IMG/VR virus record: IMGVR_UViG_3300027741_000028
Strand: one strand, 5' to 3'
From: an uncultured virus (IMG/VR IMGVR_UViG_3300027741_000028)
Lineage: Duplodnaviria; Heunggongvirae; Uroviricota; Caudoviricetes
DNA length: 64,000 bases
Shown: one piece after another, positions 20,185 to 30,777 of the stretch
Layout of the letters: every line of letters begins with the position of its first letter
Position numbering within the stretch: the stretch's first letter is position 1
The notes under the pieces: model-generated
Seen by the model: the letters and a program-made list of their open reading frames with translations, nothing else
The model's database searches: none
Told to the model about the DNA's origin: nothing
Program-made: the position numbers and the translations under genes

Positions 20185-21780
20185 TTATAAATCTAATCCC
20201 AAAGCATCACCATCTTTTTTACGTAATCCAATCCACATTTTATCCCAATTGACCATTGTTTCATACTTGAATAAAATTTTTGTTTTTACGGTTGTGCCAC
20301 TTTTTATTCTTTCTGAATCTGTAATAGCATAACAAATAGCTCTATCTTCTAAAACTTTTTTATGAAACATTTCGTGGAAATTATACAACTTAACAGGACT
20401 TGATTCCTTTGAAGCCCATTCTAATATTTTTTCACAATATTTACCTAAATTAATAAGGTCTGGTGTTGCTGGACTTCCTGCTACCATATTATTTGAGATA
20501 ATTAAGTTTTCAGTAACGCTTTTCATTTTAGATTCACTCTTTTTTGTAAATAAAGAATCCAATTGAGATTTTATTTCATGTCTTGAAATGTTTCTAGCAA
20601 CTTGTCTACAAACAATTCCAAACATTTTGATTTCACTTTCAGTTGGTTTTCTAAATTTGAGTGTAGAATTATCCCAAATTTTACTTCTTTGTAAAATAAC
20701 ATTATTCAATTTTAATGATTGTATTTGTAAAATATGTCCTACAGCATCAATTGGAAATCCAGTTTTAACTTTACCTGAATACTTAGGTTTAGGAGCTCCT
20801 TTTTTAGTAACTGCACCTGGAGCTCTTTTGCTTTGTGTCGAAAATCTTAAATGTGCATAAGCAACTTGAGCTTGTGCAAAATTTTGCCTTTTCACAGATC
20901 CTGTTAAACTCCTAAACCATCGACCAACGTCACCAACATTATCAAATATTTGGTCAAGTTTTAATGTATTAGTTGAATCACTTTTAACTTTTGATTTCAC
21001 ACTAACTTTAAGAGTTTCTTTATAATTGTTAGGCAAAAAAGAAATTTCATAGTCTGTTAAAGGATAATTTGAAGCTTTTGGTATATTGATTTTTAAAGGT
21101 GATGTTTTCGAAAATTTATAATCTATATTTTTTGATTTATTTGTAAAATTTAATACTTCTTTTAAATCAGAATCATTATTTCTAAGTAGTACAGCCATCT
21201 TTATGGCTGTTAAAATTTCAAAAAATTCAGCAGGCACTAAAACTGAACTAACTTCTCCATCAATTATGAAAGATTTTTCATTATTTAAACTATAATCCAG
21301 TAATGTGTTTACTTGGTCTATTAATGGTTTTGGTGCATTGGATTTATTAATATAAGTTCGAACATTGTTTGCCATAACTTCTGGTGTAATCCAATCACTT
21401 ACGATTGATGGAACAATATTAGCTGGTTTTAATTTTATATTTGTATCTATTTGTGAAGATGATTCAAAATATTTACAAACAATTGCCGGCGCATTTGATG
21501 AACCTATAAATCCAATTTTACCAACGCTTGATTTTGGTGATGTGCTTTTCTTTTCATCATAAAAAGAAGAAAAACCAATTTTCTTTTGATTCAATTCACT
21601 TGATAATTTTTCTAAAAATTTTCTTCGGGTATCGGTTGAACCCGATTCTTTTGGAATATAAAAATAAAAATGTTTTCCTTCCATGCCAAAAAAAGGATTT
21701 TTTGTGGATACTTTATCACTATATCCCAATGTTTTAAAAGCAGAAGAAATATTTTGTGCAGTAACTGTTAGTGCCATCAT
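20185..21780 (-). CDS. Large K/S-rich protein, possible PD-(D/E)xK-like nuclease
   Basis: 531-aa ORF; EFFE...NYPLTD...KVSVKS resembles the E..PD..SxK nuclease variant. Confidence 0.45.
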   Translation of the reverse strand: MMALTVTAQNISSAFKTLGYSDKVSTKNPFFGMEGKHFYFYIPKESGSTDTRRKFLEKLSSELNQKKIGFSSFYDEKKSTSPKSSVGKIGFIGSSNAPAIVCKYFESSSQIDTNIKLKPANIVPSIVSDWITPEVMANNVRTYINKSNAPKPLIDQVNTLLDYSLNNEKSFIIDGEVSSVLVPAEFFEILTAIKMAVLLRNNDSDLKEVLNFTNKSKNIDYKFSKTSPLKINIPKASNYPLTDYEISFLPNNYKETLKVSVKSKVKSDSTNTLKLDQIFDNVGDVGRWFRSLTGSVKRQNFAQAQVAYAHLRFSTQSKRAPGAVTKKGAPKPKYSGKVKTGFPIDAVGHILQIQSLKLNNVILQRSKIWDNSTLKFRKPTESEIKMFGIVCRQVARNISRHEIKSQLDSLFTKKSESKMKSVTENLIISNNMVAGSPATPDLINLGKYCEKILEWASKESSPVKLYNFHEMFHKKVLEDRAICYAITDSERIKSGTTVKTKILFKYETMVNWDKMWIGLRKKDGDALGLDL

Positions 21781-21781
21781 T

Positions 21782-22885
21782 TCACCTAATAATTTGTATG
21801 TCTTTACCTGAGGTCCAGATTTCCAATTCAGACCTCAATCTACCCTCAGAATTAAGAGTTTCGTATCTATTTATGGACTTGTTTCTCCACCATTCAATCA
21901 AGTTTACCAGTTTGTGTTTTTCATAGTTTTCACCAGGAATAAGCACGTCCGTCTTACAGTTTACATAATCAACCATGTTATTAAAACCATAGTCACTGAT
22001 GTAATATCTTTTCTGTTCTGTCAACCCTTTAGCCTTCTCAATCGTTGCTTGGAATGTCCCGCCTTCAGATGTACCTTTAAGTGCTGCTTTGGTAAGTGAT
22101 ATAATCTTCATAGATGTTTTTAGCTTCTTGCTAGAAATGTCATCGTCTACAAGTTTACCAACTTTACTTTCCACAAAATCACGTAAATCAGAATATGGTT
22201 TGCCGTGCATCATAGGTAAAAAATCAGAATCAGTAAGACCTTTATATCTGATATATGGTTTCATACCATCATATTGTGAAACAGTCTTGGTGCTTCCATA
22301 GAGACTTGTTGTTTCAAACAAACACAGATTCATATTATACTTCTTATTCACAATCTCACGTACTTCATGTGATGTACAGATTGCAGCCAGAAGTTTACCA
22401 CCAAGGTAATTAAAACCAAATGGTTGTGCAGGTACGATAACAAAACCCATCATAGAAGAATCATTGAATCGTTTACCCCATTCAGGTTGTTGTGTAAACA
22501 CTTGTTCAAGCATTTCATTACGAGGTTTCATATTGATTACGGGTGAACCAAGTCGAATGAATCCTACGTATTTTCCTGTATTCTTCTCACGCACTGCCAA
22601 TCTAATCTGACGACCGACTGGTGAAATATTAATGTGTGAAGAAGTTATATTCAATAATGTTTCCCATGTTTCTGATGGTATTTCCAATACTTCAAAATCC
22701 ATATCTTTTGGATGCATAGTGAAATCTTGGAACAATTCATCATCCATCGAAAACAAAGGTGTTGGCATTTCTGCCAAAGAATTCAATTTCTGGTCACGCA
22801 TATATTCATCAATGCGGTCAAAGTTACCAAAGTAATCTTCAAACACTTTGGCACAATGGACTGCATCATCAAATTCTAACTTCAT
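21782..22885 (-). CDS. DUF4338/DruA-like protein (copy 1)
   Basis: GRQIRLAV..GKYVGFIRLGSP..PR, IVPAQPFGFNYLGGKLLA, ETTSLYG..SQYDG. Confidence 0.75.
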   Translation of the reverse strand: MKLEFDDAVHCAKVFEDYFGNFDRIDEYMRDQKLNSLAEMPTPLFSMDDELFQDFTMHPKDMDFEVLEIPSETWETLLNITSSHINISPVGRQIRLAVREKNTGKYVGFIRLGSPVINMKPRNEMLEQVFTQQPEWGKRFNDSSMMGFVIVPAQPFGFNYLGGKLLAAICTSHEVREIVNKKYNMNLCLFETTSLYGSTKTVSQYDGMKPYIRYKGLTDSDFLPMMHGKPYSDLRDFVESKVGKLVDDDISSKKLKTSMKIISLTKAALKGTSEGGTFQATIEKAKGLTEQKRYYISDYGFNNMVDYVNCKTDVLIPGENYEKHKLVNLIEWWRNKSINRYETLNSEGRLRSELEIWTSGKDIQIIR

Positions 22886-23076
22886 AATTTAAATTTCTTT
22901 AACAATTCGTTTGCTTCATCTAAGCTGGTAATTTTTGGTTCAACATCAATTGAAACAATAGATACACTAAATCCCATTTTAGATTTAGGATCATACTTTA
23001 ACAATATATTATGTTTCTGAGGATCCCAACTTTTACTAAAATTGATTTTTACTTCTTTAATTTCTCTTGTGTTCAT
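22882..23076 (-). CDS. Hypothetical protein
   Basis: 64-aa ORF with ATGA overlaps to both neighbours. Confidence 0.55.
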   Translation of the reverse strand: MNTREIKEVKINFSKSWDPQKHNILLKYDPKSKMGFSVSIVSIDVEPKITSLDEANELLKKFKL

Positions 23077-24470
23077 ACCTTAAATCCAGTAAATTGTTTT
23101 TTCTGTGGACGTTCACGGTCACCAAATGTGTTCAATGGTTTATCTGTATGACCTGCATCAGCCAAACCTTGTTGTGCTGATTGTTCTACATCATACAATC
23201 TCATCTTTGCACGGTCAATACCCAAAGTAAATCTCTTATGAAATGTTGGATCGGCATAACGATTCTTCAATTGTTTTACCATAATCTGGCCAAGTTCTTC
23301 CAGTTCTTCAGAAGAAATCAAGGCAAACATCATGTCTGCGGTTGCCGGCAAACCAAAAGACTCACTTGTGTCTTCCAGTCCGGGATCGGAAGAAGTAAAT
23401 CCACTTCTAGTTGTTTGTGTCGCAGAAACAATAGGTACTCCGAACTCAACGGCAAGACCTCGCAACTCCTCGGCGATGGATTTAACGTAGGAATATGAAT
23501 TGACGTTGGCTCCTGCCTTAATTCTTGAACTACAACATATATTGAGATAATCAATAAAAATAATATCAGGAACGAAAGACTTTTTAAGATTAAGTTCATT
23601 AAGTAAGGAACGAAAATGTATGCTGCTTGCAGACGCTGTTGGATATTCTTTAATGATAAGTTTACCAACAGTTTTTTCACGTAGTTTAGAAATCTTTTTA
23701 TCATACATATCTTTCGGTAAACTCATAAGGTCGTCAATAGTCACATTCAACATATTAGCATCAATACGTTCAGCAATCTTTTCTTCAGCCATTTCCATGG
23801 TAATATACAAGACGTTCTTGCCTTGTACCATGGCACCAGCAGCAACGTGACACATGAATAATGATTTACCAACACCAGTTCCTGCAAGAGCAATGTTCAG
23901 TGTTTTCTTAGGTAAACCACCTTTGGTTATCTGATTAAAGATATCAAGGTCAAATGGAATTCTTTCTTCTTTTCTGTGATAGAATTCATATCGTTCATCG
24001 GAGTTTTCAAGGTAATCGTGACCAACGGATGTATCAAAGGTTACCGCCAAGGCGTCCGATAATATTTTGGGAATCGAACCTTTGTCGTTGGTTTTGTCTT
24101 TTCCATCAAGAATAGAAATAGACCCCAATACTGCATTGTATATGGCCTTCTCTTGGCAGAACTGTTCGGTTTTGTCAACAAGCCATTGAATCTTGGATTC
24201 TGTGTCTTTAGTTTGTTCAATCTCTTGTAGATAAGTTTCGTACTTCTCCACTTCATCATCTGTAAGATTTCGCCTTTCTTTGACGGCCAATGTAAGTGCT
24301 TCAATCGTTGGCGGAGAATTGTAAGATTCTGTGAATGATGTAATTTCATTAAAAAGTGTCCTGTCAGTTCTATCAGTAAAGTATTCAGGCTTTATGAATG
24401 GTAATACTTTGCGTAGGTAATCATCATTATAGATTAGGTTCTTTAATATCGTCTGTTCCAGCTTCATCAA
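23073..24470 (-). CDS. gp41: Replicative DNA helicase (T4 gp41-like)
   Basis: LAGTGVGKS Walker A, IFIDYL, SATQTTR, KQLKNRY. Confidence 0.97.
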   Translation of the reverse strand: MMKLEQTILKNLIYNDDYLRKVLPFIKPEYFTDRTDRTLFNEITSFTESYNSPPTIEALTLAVKERRNLTDDEVEKYETYLQEIEQTKDTESKIQWLVDKTEQFCQEKAIYNAVLGSISILDGKDKTNDKGSIPKILSDALAVTFDTSVGHDYLENSDERYEFYHRKEERIPFDLDIFNQITKGGLPKKTLNIALAGTGVGKSLFMCHVAAGAMVQGKNVLYITMEMAEEKIAERIDANMLNVTIDDLMSLPKDMYDKKISKLREKTVGKLIIKEYPTASASSIHFRSLLNELNLKKSFVPDIIFIDYLNICCSSRIKAGANVNSYSYVKSIAEELRGLAVEFGVPIVSATQTTRSGFTSSDPGLEDTSESFGLPATADMMFALISSEELEELGQIMVKQLKNRYADPTFHKRFTLGIDRAKMRLYDVEQSAQQGLADAGHTDKPLNTFGDRERPQKKQFTGFKV

Positions 24471-24747
24471 TTACTTCCTGTTCAATGTTAGATGACATAA
24501 TTTCTACCAATAAGTCACCAATATAATTTTTAAATGTGTCGTTTTTTTCCAGTTTTGCTGGCTTCATCACTGGCGATTCTAACACATCGTAAGCAAAAAG
24601 TAAATAGACCTGTTCATTTTCTTCCTTGAATTTTACCTTACCATACTTGAAGATGGTATCTTTGTATGGTCCTTCCAAAAACTTAATGTTAACGGCAGCT
24701 TTATCATCCTTTGGATAAATGTAACAGTAATCTATTCCCTCAATCAT
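24427..24747 (-). CDS. Head vertex assembly chaperone-like protein (gp40 position)
   Basis: Between uvsX and gp41; YGKV.F..L.F.YDV pattern. Confidence 0.55.
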   Translation of the reverse strand: MIEGIDYCYIYPKDDKAAVNIKFLEGPYKDTIFKYGKVKFKEENEQVYLLFAYDVLESPVMKPAKLEKNDTFKNYIGDLLVEIMSSNIEQEVIDEAGTDDIKEPNL

Positions 24748-25817
24748 GCTTCTGTTCCATTCATAGTTTCAACATCAAATGTTTCATCAATGTTACTGGT
24801 CATAATTTCTCCTGATGCCACACGGTACTTGTTCTCAATAAAATCACGGAATGATTTCTGTTTAAGAATAGGCATCCAGAAGTCTTTGGTATCAGTGTCT
24901 TTCTCACGGTAATTCTTTTCTTCGATAACACCATCAGCATCAACACGTTGATACCAACCATTCTTTGGTTTGACTACGTGTTTAGATTCAAGAGCAAGGT
25001 CAAGTAAGCCAGACCAAGTGCTGATGCCGCCATCAAAAGATACGCTGACAGGTATTTTAGATTTTTCTTTAACATATCGACTTTTCTCTACGTTGATAAT
25101 AAAATTGTAACCGGTAACTTCTGTACCATCTTTTTCTTGTTGACGACCAATAATAAAGATATTATCGGCAGAGTAATATGAACCTGTACCACCACCAACG
25201 ATATCTTTAGGGAACATACCAATCTCTTTATATGTGTGATTCACTACAATCATTGGAATATCTTTGAGTGACAAGTGAGGTGTTACCATACGGAACAAAC
25301 TCTTAACTTGTTTGGCACGGGACATATCTGCCACAGATTTCTCCGCCAAGGCATCTTCAACTTCTTTTTTTGATGCCAAGTTACCAATTGAATCAATGAC
25401 GATAATCAATTTATCACCACGTTCTAATTGTGTCAACTGTGCCATAACATCAAACTTCAATTGTTCAATGTCAGTAAGTGGAGTATGTAATACACGTTCA
25501 GTATCAATACCAAAAGAATCAAAGTATGATTGTGGAGTACCAAACTCTGAATCATAAAACAAAAGTGCTGCTTCTGGATATTTGTCTAGATAAGATTTGG
25601 CCATCAATAATGAAAATGCTGTCTTAAAGTGTTTGGATGGACCTGCCCACATTGTAAGACCTGGTGTTAGACCGCCATCTAACTTACCAGAAAGTGCCAC
25701 GTTAATAATTGGCACTGCTGTTGGAATCATATCTTTATCATTAAAGAATTTTGATTTGGCCAAAATAGCAGAATCTTTGATACTGCTGTTCTTTTTAATT
25801 TTATCTAATATACTCAT
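24744..25817 (-). CDS. uvsX: RecA-like recombinase
   Basis: AGPSKHFKT, YDSEFG, IDSIGNLASKKE, VGGGTG. Confidence 0.97.
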   Translation of the reverse strand: MSILDKIKKNSSIKDSAILAKSKFFNDKDMIPTAVPIINVALSGKLDGGLTPGLTMWAGPSKHFKTAFSLLMAKSYLDKYPEAALLFYDSEFGTPQSYFDSFGIDTERVLHTPLTDIEQLKFDVMAQLTQLERGDKLIIVIDSIGNLASKKEVEDALAEKSVADMSRAKQVKSLFRMVTPHLSLKDIPMIVVNHTYKEIGMFPKDIVGGGTGSYYSADNIFIIGRQQEKDGTEVTGYNFIINVEKSRYVKEKSKIPVSVSFDGGISTWSGLLDLALESKHVVKPKNGWYQRVDADGVIEEKNYREKDTDTKDFWMPILKQKSFRDFIENKYRVASGEIMTSNIDETFDVETMNGTEA

Positions 25818-26779
25818 TTGTTTTCCTTAAACGAAAATGGTTCACTGTAATCATACTTAGGTTCAAGTTTTTTTGTTCCACTGATTGGTGGAATACTTTC
25901 ACCTGTCACTTCATCTATAACAATATTTGCCAAGTTATCTTTCTCAACGTGTATTGAATCATCTTTTGGAACAAAAACTGGAATGTCCATTTCTTCCTGC
26001 ATCTCTGTTTCTTTAACAGCCGGTTTTGGTGATTCTGGTTTTCTCATCGACATATTGGCAGCAATCAATAACAACACAGCCAATGGATCAAACACCACAA
26101 TAATCAACAGAATTACTAATCGTACCGCCTTGTCAAGGATGTCAGCATTAACCGTTTCACTGTAGAGTAAGGCGGCAATATATTTGATTGGCCCAACATC
26201 CGCTTCTGTTTTCTTAAGCTCATTAGATAGAGGCGCACGTTCCTCCGAGTATACGGCAATGGTGGTTTGCGACTGGTTAATTTCTTGTAATATTCTACTA
26301 CGGTCTTTCTGTTGGGTGCGGCGTATTGCTTGCGCTTTGTCCGTACCTTTTTCATCTGTTGTGCGACCCATCGTCTGGTCCACAATCTCATCATACTGTT
26401 TGAGTATCTTGCGGTTTGCATCCACATTTTCTTTCTCCGTTTTTATCTTTTCATCCAGAATTGCAATCTTGTTTAGAAGTGGTGCATTATCGGATGAATG
26501 TTCAAGATGTGCCTTTGATAAGAAACCAAAAATACCCATGGATGTAATAAGCATCAGAATGGTTACTGCCATACACAGGTATGTTTTAATTAATAGAGGA
26601 CATTGTTTCCAGTTATTATACAACCACGATACTGTTACAAGTTTGGATGTTTCTAACACTGAACCCATAATCATTACAGGCAAATATGAACCTGGAAATA
26701 TTGAGGCAAGGCCAACAATAGAATAATAGCCAGCCACGCCTGATAGGGCTATGGCTGTTAGAAAGGTCAAAAAAATCAT
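25814..26779 (-). CDS. Multi-TM coiled-coil membrane protein
   Basis: Three N-terminal TMs, ITSMGIFGFLSKAH, EADVGPIKYIA, VFDPLAV. Confidence 0.7.
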   Translation of the reverse strand: MIFLTFLTAIALSGVAGYYSIVGLASIFPGSYLPVMIMGSVLETSKLVTVSWLYNNWKQCPLLIKTYLCMAVTILMLITSMGIFGFLSKAHLEHSSDNAPLLNKIAILDEKIKTEKENVDANRKILKQYDEIVDQTMGRTTDEKGTDKAQAIRRTQQKDRSRILQEINQSQTTIAVYSEERAPLSNELKKTEADVGPIKYIAALLYSETVNADILDKAVRLVILLIIVVFDPLAVLLLIAANMSMRKPESPKPAVKETEMQEEMDIPVFVPKDDSIHVEKDNLANIVIDEVTGESIPPISGTKKLEPKYDYSEPFSFKENK

Positions 26780-29310
26780 GAAAAGAAGTCCTCTAAAGAA
26801 TTACCTTTCTCAGTTTTCCATCCGATGCAGTCCAAAATACCACGAATCGGGTCCAAGAAAGTTTTGTCGAATTGTAAATCATAATCGACATACTTGTCAA
26901 GCTCGAATTCTTTCGGCAATCTGGATGGATATGAGATAACGGTTTCTTTAAATGGATTTGGCATCTTCAAATATGTGTATTTGATTTTCTCACCCTCTTT
27001 AATCAACTCATATTTCTTGGTTAAACCAAGTTCTTTCAAGTGATGATTATATAGAATGGCACCTTTCACATGAATTGGTGTACCTTTTTTATACATTGAT
27101 ACCGCATCAGTATAGGTTTTCAAACCATTCATACCACGGGGAGTAGAGATTTCTTCTGGTGGCATCTTTCTGAATTCTTCTCTAAAGTCAGCAATGAATT
27201 TATGGATATCATCTTCTGTACCATTGATAATCAACTTGATAGATTCTTTCATCTTGACACGAATGGCGGCAGGTGTAGATGATTTAACCATCTCAAGACC
27301 CATGACTTTCATCTTAGGTTCTGCATACTGAACACCTTCGTTATTATAGATGTTTAGAATGTAACGCTTCTTGGCAATCCAGATACCTTTGTTGGCAAGA
27401 CCTTCTCGTTTCATTTGCATCTTTTGGTCATACGCATGGACATACGTAGCAAGCTCCTGATAACTCTTGTCGATGTACGGTTGAATCTTATTTTCACAGA
27501 CACGGTCCATGAAGGAGATAAGCTGATTAACATCCGTCTTTTTAGAATACACTTTATCAACAAGCGGACCAAGCTTGAGATATATAGAGTCTGTGTCTGA
27601 GGCGATAACGTAATCAATTTCATCTGTAGATAATAGTTTGTTCATGTAACCGTTGATTTTATTTTCAATCCAACGGATACTTAATTGACCAGCAGTGGTT
27701 ACACCCAAGGCCATACGTAAGTCATAAAACCTGAAATATTGAGAACCAAGAGCACCGTAAGCAGAGTTAAGTGATACCTTTTTTGCCAGTTGTAGATTGT
27801 CATATCTGGCGATTCGTTTTTCAATTTCATACTTTTTAGATTCATCTTTTTCATTTTCATATTCTTGTTTAGCCTGAAGCATTAACTTCTTAAACTTCTT
27901 TCTATCTTCATACATTTCTTCCATCATCTTAGGCAAGAAACCTTGAATGTCGGTTCTAAAGAATTGGCCATTAGGTGTCAATGTCACACCTTCAAGTTCG
28001 GATGTATCAACAGATTTATTCAACAATTTATCAACAGTAACACCAGAAGAAATAACTTTACGCATTGCTTCTGTATAGTTTTCTGGTTCAACCAAAGTTT
28101 CTGGACTGATATTATATTGCATCATCAAATGTGGATACAAACTGTTCAAGTCAAAACTGGCCACAAAATCATGTAGACCAACTTGTACTTCTTTAACATA
28201 TGCACCTTCAAATGCCGTATCTTTTTCTTGTATGACTTTTGGTGGTACAATAATATTTTGTTTCAACAGATAGGAATATGTCAAAGAATCCCACATACGT
28301 GTTTGTGCAAATACATCTTCGTAGTTTGATTTGGTATCATATGCCAAAGTCAAAGCCAACTCAATCAACTTCAACTTATCTTCTAAACGGAGAATCAAGT
28401 CAACGTCTTTAATGTTGTATTCAATAAACTTTTGGTAATTCTGTTTGTAAAGTTGATGTAGGTTTTCAAACTCATCATAAGAAATTTTACCATCACCAAG
28501 TTCTACTTGTGCAATGTTATCCAAACGATAGGACTCTTGTGACTTTCCGCCAGGAGCATACCATTTATATAGTTCGATGTAATCAAGTGAAGCAACACCA
28601 ACAATTTCATATGCAATCAGTTGACGCCCGTTGATGTTAGTTGTACGATTTTTAATGAAGTTCCACGGAGATAATTTCTTTGTATCATCTTCACCGAGAA
28701 TCTTATTGAATCGGTTAATCAAATATGGAATATCAAAGAACTTGGTGTTCCAACCAGTGATAACGTCTGGACATTTACGAGTCCAGATTTCAATAAACTT
28801 TTTACAGAGAGTCCATTCATCACGGCATTTGATATATGTTTCATCACCTTGTACCACATAGTCGCCACATCCAAGAACGATTGGTGGATGACCGATATAG
28901 GTGATAGCAATGGCTGTGATAGGTTCATTCGCATCATAGGGGTCAGGGAAACCATTCTCCGAACCCACCTCAATGTCAACGACAGCTACAAGAATCTTAT
29001 CTTGGTCCCACTCAACCATGTCAGGATGGTGTTCGGCAATATAGGCATATTCCCAACGTGTGTTACCAAATATTCTGGCATTAGAAACATCTTTGAATTT
29101 ATCCAAATAGTCTTTGGCTTCATAGATATTACCAAACAACTTGCGTTGCAATACCTCGCCATCTAATGAACGATATTCAGTTTTCTTGTTGGATTGGATG
29201 TATAGGGATGGTGAGTATTCAATTTTTTGTTTTACTCTTTTACCATCCAGAACACCACGATAGAGGATATGTCCAGCAATAGTCTGGACATTTGTGTAGA
29301 AGCTTGACAT
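26776..29310 (-). CDS. gp43: Family B DNA polymerase (T4 gp43-like)
   Basis: DIEV exonuclease I, SFDLNSLYPH, KVSLNSAYG, ASDTDS. Confidence 0.98.
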   Translation of the reverse strand: MSSFYTNVQTIAGHILYRGVLDGKRVKQKIEYSPSLYIQSNKKTEYRSLDGEVLQRKLFGNIYEAKDYLDKFKDVSNARIFGNTRWEYAYIAEHHPDMVEWDQDKILVAVVDIEVGSENGFPDPYDANEPITAIAITYIGHPPIVLGCGDYVVQGDETYIKCRDEWTLCKKFIEIWTRKCPDVITGWNTKFFDIPYLINRFNKILGEDDTKKLSPWNFIKNRTTNINGRQLIAYEIVGVASLDYIELYKWYAPGGKSQESYRLDNIAQVELGDGKISYDEFENLHQLYKQNYQKFIEYNIKDVDLILRLEDKLKLIELALTLAYDTKSNYEDVFAQTRMWDSLTYSYLLKQNIIVPPKVIQEKDTAFEGAYVKEVQVGLHDFVASFDLNSLYPHLMMQYNISPETLVEPENYTEAMRKVISSGVTVDKLLNKSVDTSELEGVTLTPNGQFFRTDIQGFLPKMMEEMYEDRKKFKKLMLQAKQEYENEKDESKKYEIEKRIARYDNLQLAKKVSLNSAYGALGSQYFRFYDLRMALGVTTAGQLSIRWIENKINGYMNKLLSTDEIDYVIASDTDSIYLKLGPLVDKVYSKKTDVNQLISFMDRVCENKIQPYIDKSYQELATYVHAYDQKMQMKREGLANKGIWIAKKRYILNIYNNEGVQYAEPKMKVMGLEMVKSSTPAAIRVKMKESIKLIINGTEDDIHKFIADFREEFRKMPPEEISTPRGMNGLKTYTDAVSMYKKGTPIHVKGAILYNHHLKELGLTKKYELIKEGEKIKYTYLKMPNPFKETVISYPSRLPKEFELDKYVDYDLQFDKTFLDPIRGILDCIGWKTEKGNSLEDFFS

Positions 29311-29621
29311 TAACCTGTAATAATTTGTTGTTGACCTGGAAGAATGATACCTGTACCAAAGATTTGGTCATAATTCTTAATAAAATCTTCGGCAGGCACA
29401 TAAGAGTATACTACGTTTTTCTTACTGATGGCAAGCGTAGAACCAGTTTTTTGTTCGGCATGAATGGGAAATGGTGCAAACCCTACATTTGGTTGACCAT
29501 CTTTACCACGAACAATTGCAATACCCAATGGATTGCATAACAAAAATTCAGTTTCGGTTTCCGATTCAACTTCGGAAATAAGTTCTTCGTTGGTGATTAG
29601 TTTAAAGGCAAGTATTTTCAT
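29310..29621 (-). CDS. Small Sm-like-fold hypothetical protein
   Basis: FKLITNEELISEV...NP..I...F.PF pattern; directly upstream of gp43. Confidence 0.55.
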   Translation of the reverse strand: MKILAFKLITNEELISEVESETETEFLLCNPLGIAIVRGKDGQPNVGFAPFPIHAEQKTGSTLAISKKNVVYSYVPAEDFIKNYDQIFGTGIILPGQQQIITG

Positions 29622-29685
29622 AATATCTTTCAGTTGTTAATAGATTGGACCACATAAATAATTATATAGTTTGAGTTGAATGAAC

Positions 29686-29714
29686 ATTATATCAGTTTTT
29701 CATTATGCTGTCAA
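29686..29714 (-). promoter_or_regulatory. Sigma70-type promoter for polymerase operon
   Basis: TTGACA-N17-TATAAT exact consensus. Confidence 0.8.
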
Positions 29715-29732
29715 TAGAAAAAATGGTACAAA

Positions 29733-30563
29733 ATGGATCCGTTCACACTCTTTGCCTTGGCCAACGGTGCAGTTGCCGCTGTCAAAAAAGGTTGTCAGTT
29801 ATACAAAGATATAAAAAGTGCCGCTGGGGATGTTAAAGCAGTCCTCAAGGATTTGGACGACCAGTTCCACAACGCACATCCACCAGGAAAACCAGCATCA
29901 CCAGAAGCCAAGAAACAATTTGTAGAAGAAAAGGCTCGTGTAGTTGAATTGAATAAAAAGAGCAACGATACAACTAACATCTATGCAGAAATTGGTGACT
30001 ATCTTGGTCAATACTATGATAACTATTTTAAGTGTATAGCAGTTTTAGAAGAAGAAGAACGCCGTAGTAAAACAGAAGTTTATACGGGTGGTGCCAGTTT
30101 AGCTAAACGTGCCTTGCAACGTGTTCTAATGAAAAAACAATTGGAACAAATGGGTACAGAACTCCGTGAATTGATGATATATCAATCACCACCAGAACTT
30201 GGTGCATTGTTTACTGAAGTTGAAGAAATGACCAAAGAGTTAGGTGCTCAACAAAAAGTTCTTATTGCTAAACAAATGAAAGAGGAAGAAGTTAAAGCTA
30301 AAAAAAGAGCTGAAAGAATAGAAAAATATAAATTAGAATTTGGTTTGTTTGTAGCATTTATTGTGTTGTGTTTAGTTATGGCAGGATTTTGGACCTGGTT
30401 ATCTTATAATAAAGATGAAAGATGGCCAGAACTAAAAAACAAAACATACCGAGAAGAATTAGAAAAGCAAAAAAGATATGAAGCTGAGAAGATTAAAAAG
30501 GCTATTCAATATTTGGATGAACAGAACCTTGAAAAAAATAAAGAACTTATAACACCAAAATGA
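29733..30563 (+). CDS. Helical/coiled-coil membrane protein, opposite strand
   Basis: 276-aa ORF, amphipathic MDPFTLFALANGAVAAVKKG start, single TM near C-terminus. Confidence 0.75.
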   Translation: MDPFTLFALANGAVAAVKKGCQLYKDIKSAAGDVKAVLKDLDDQFHNAHPPGKPASPEAKKQFVEEKARVVELNKKSNDTTNIYAEIGDYLGQYYDNYFKCIAVLEEEERRSKTEVYTGGASLAKRALQRVLMKKQLEQMGTELRELMIYQSPPELGALFTEVEEMTKELGAQQKVLIAKQMKEEEVKAKKRAERIEKYKLEFGLFVAFIVLCLVMAGFWTWLSYNKDERWPELKNKTYREELEKQKRYEAEKIKKAIQYLDEQNLEKNKELITPK

Positions 30564-30700
30564 AAAAACAACAATACACATTTTTGGAATGGGTATTTGA
30601 CGTAGTAGGCCTACTGAAGTTTTTTCTATATTATTTGGCTTTTGGAATAATTGTTTCCATTATGATATTATCGTTTGTGTGGTGGTACACAAAACATTAA
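30560..30700 (+). CDS. Small membrane protein (46 aa)
   Basis: MKKQQYTFLEWVFDVVGLLKFFLYYLAFGIIVSIMILSFVWWYTKH; ATGA overlap with upstream gene; below ORF-track cutoff. Confidence 0.6.
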   Translation: MKKQQYTFLEWVFDVVGLLKFFLYYLAFGIIVSIMILSFVWWYTKH

Positions 30701-30701
30701 T

Positions 30702-30774
30702 TGGTAGCGGACCTCGGAGTCGAACCGGAACTGAGGATTATGAGCCCACTGTGATACCATTTCACCAATCCGCA
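30702..30774 (-). tRNA. tRNA-Met(CAT), probably initiator
   Basis: Cloverleaf, CTCATAA loop, 1:72 mismatch, GGG in anticodon stem, encoded CCA. Confidence 0.85.
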
Positions 30775-30777
30775 CTA

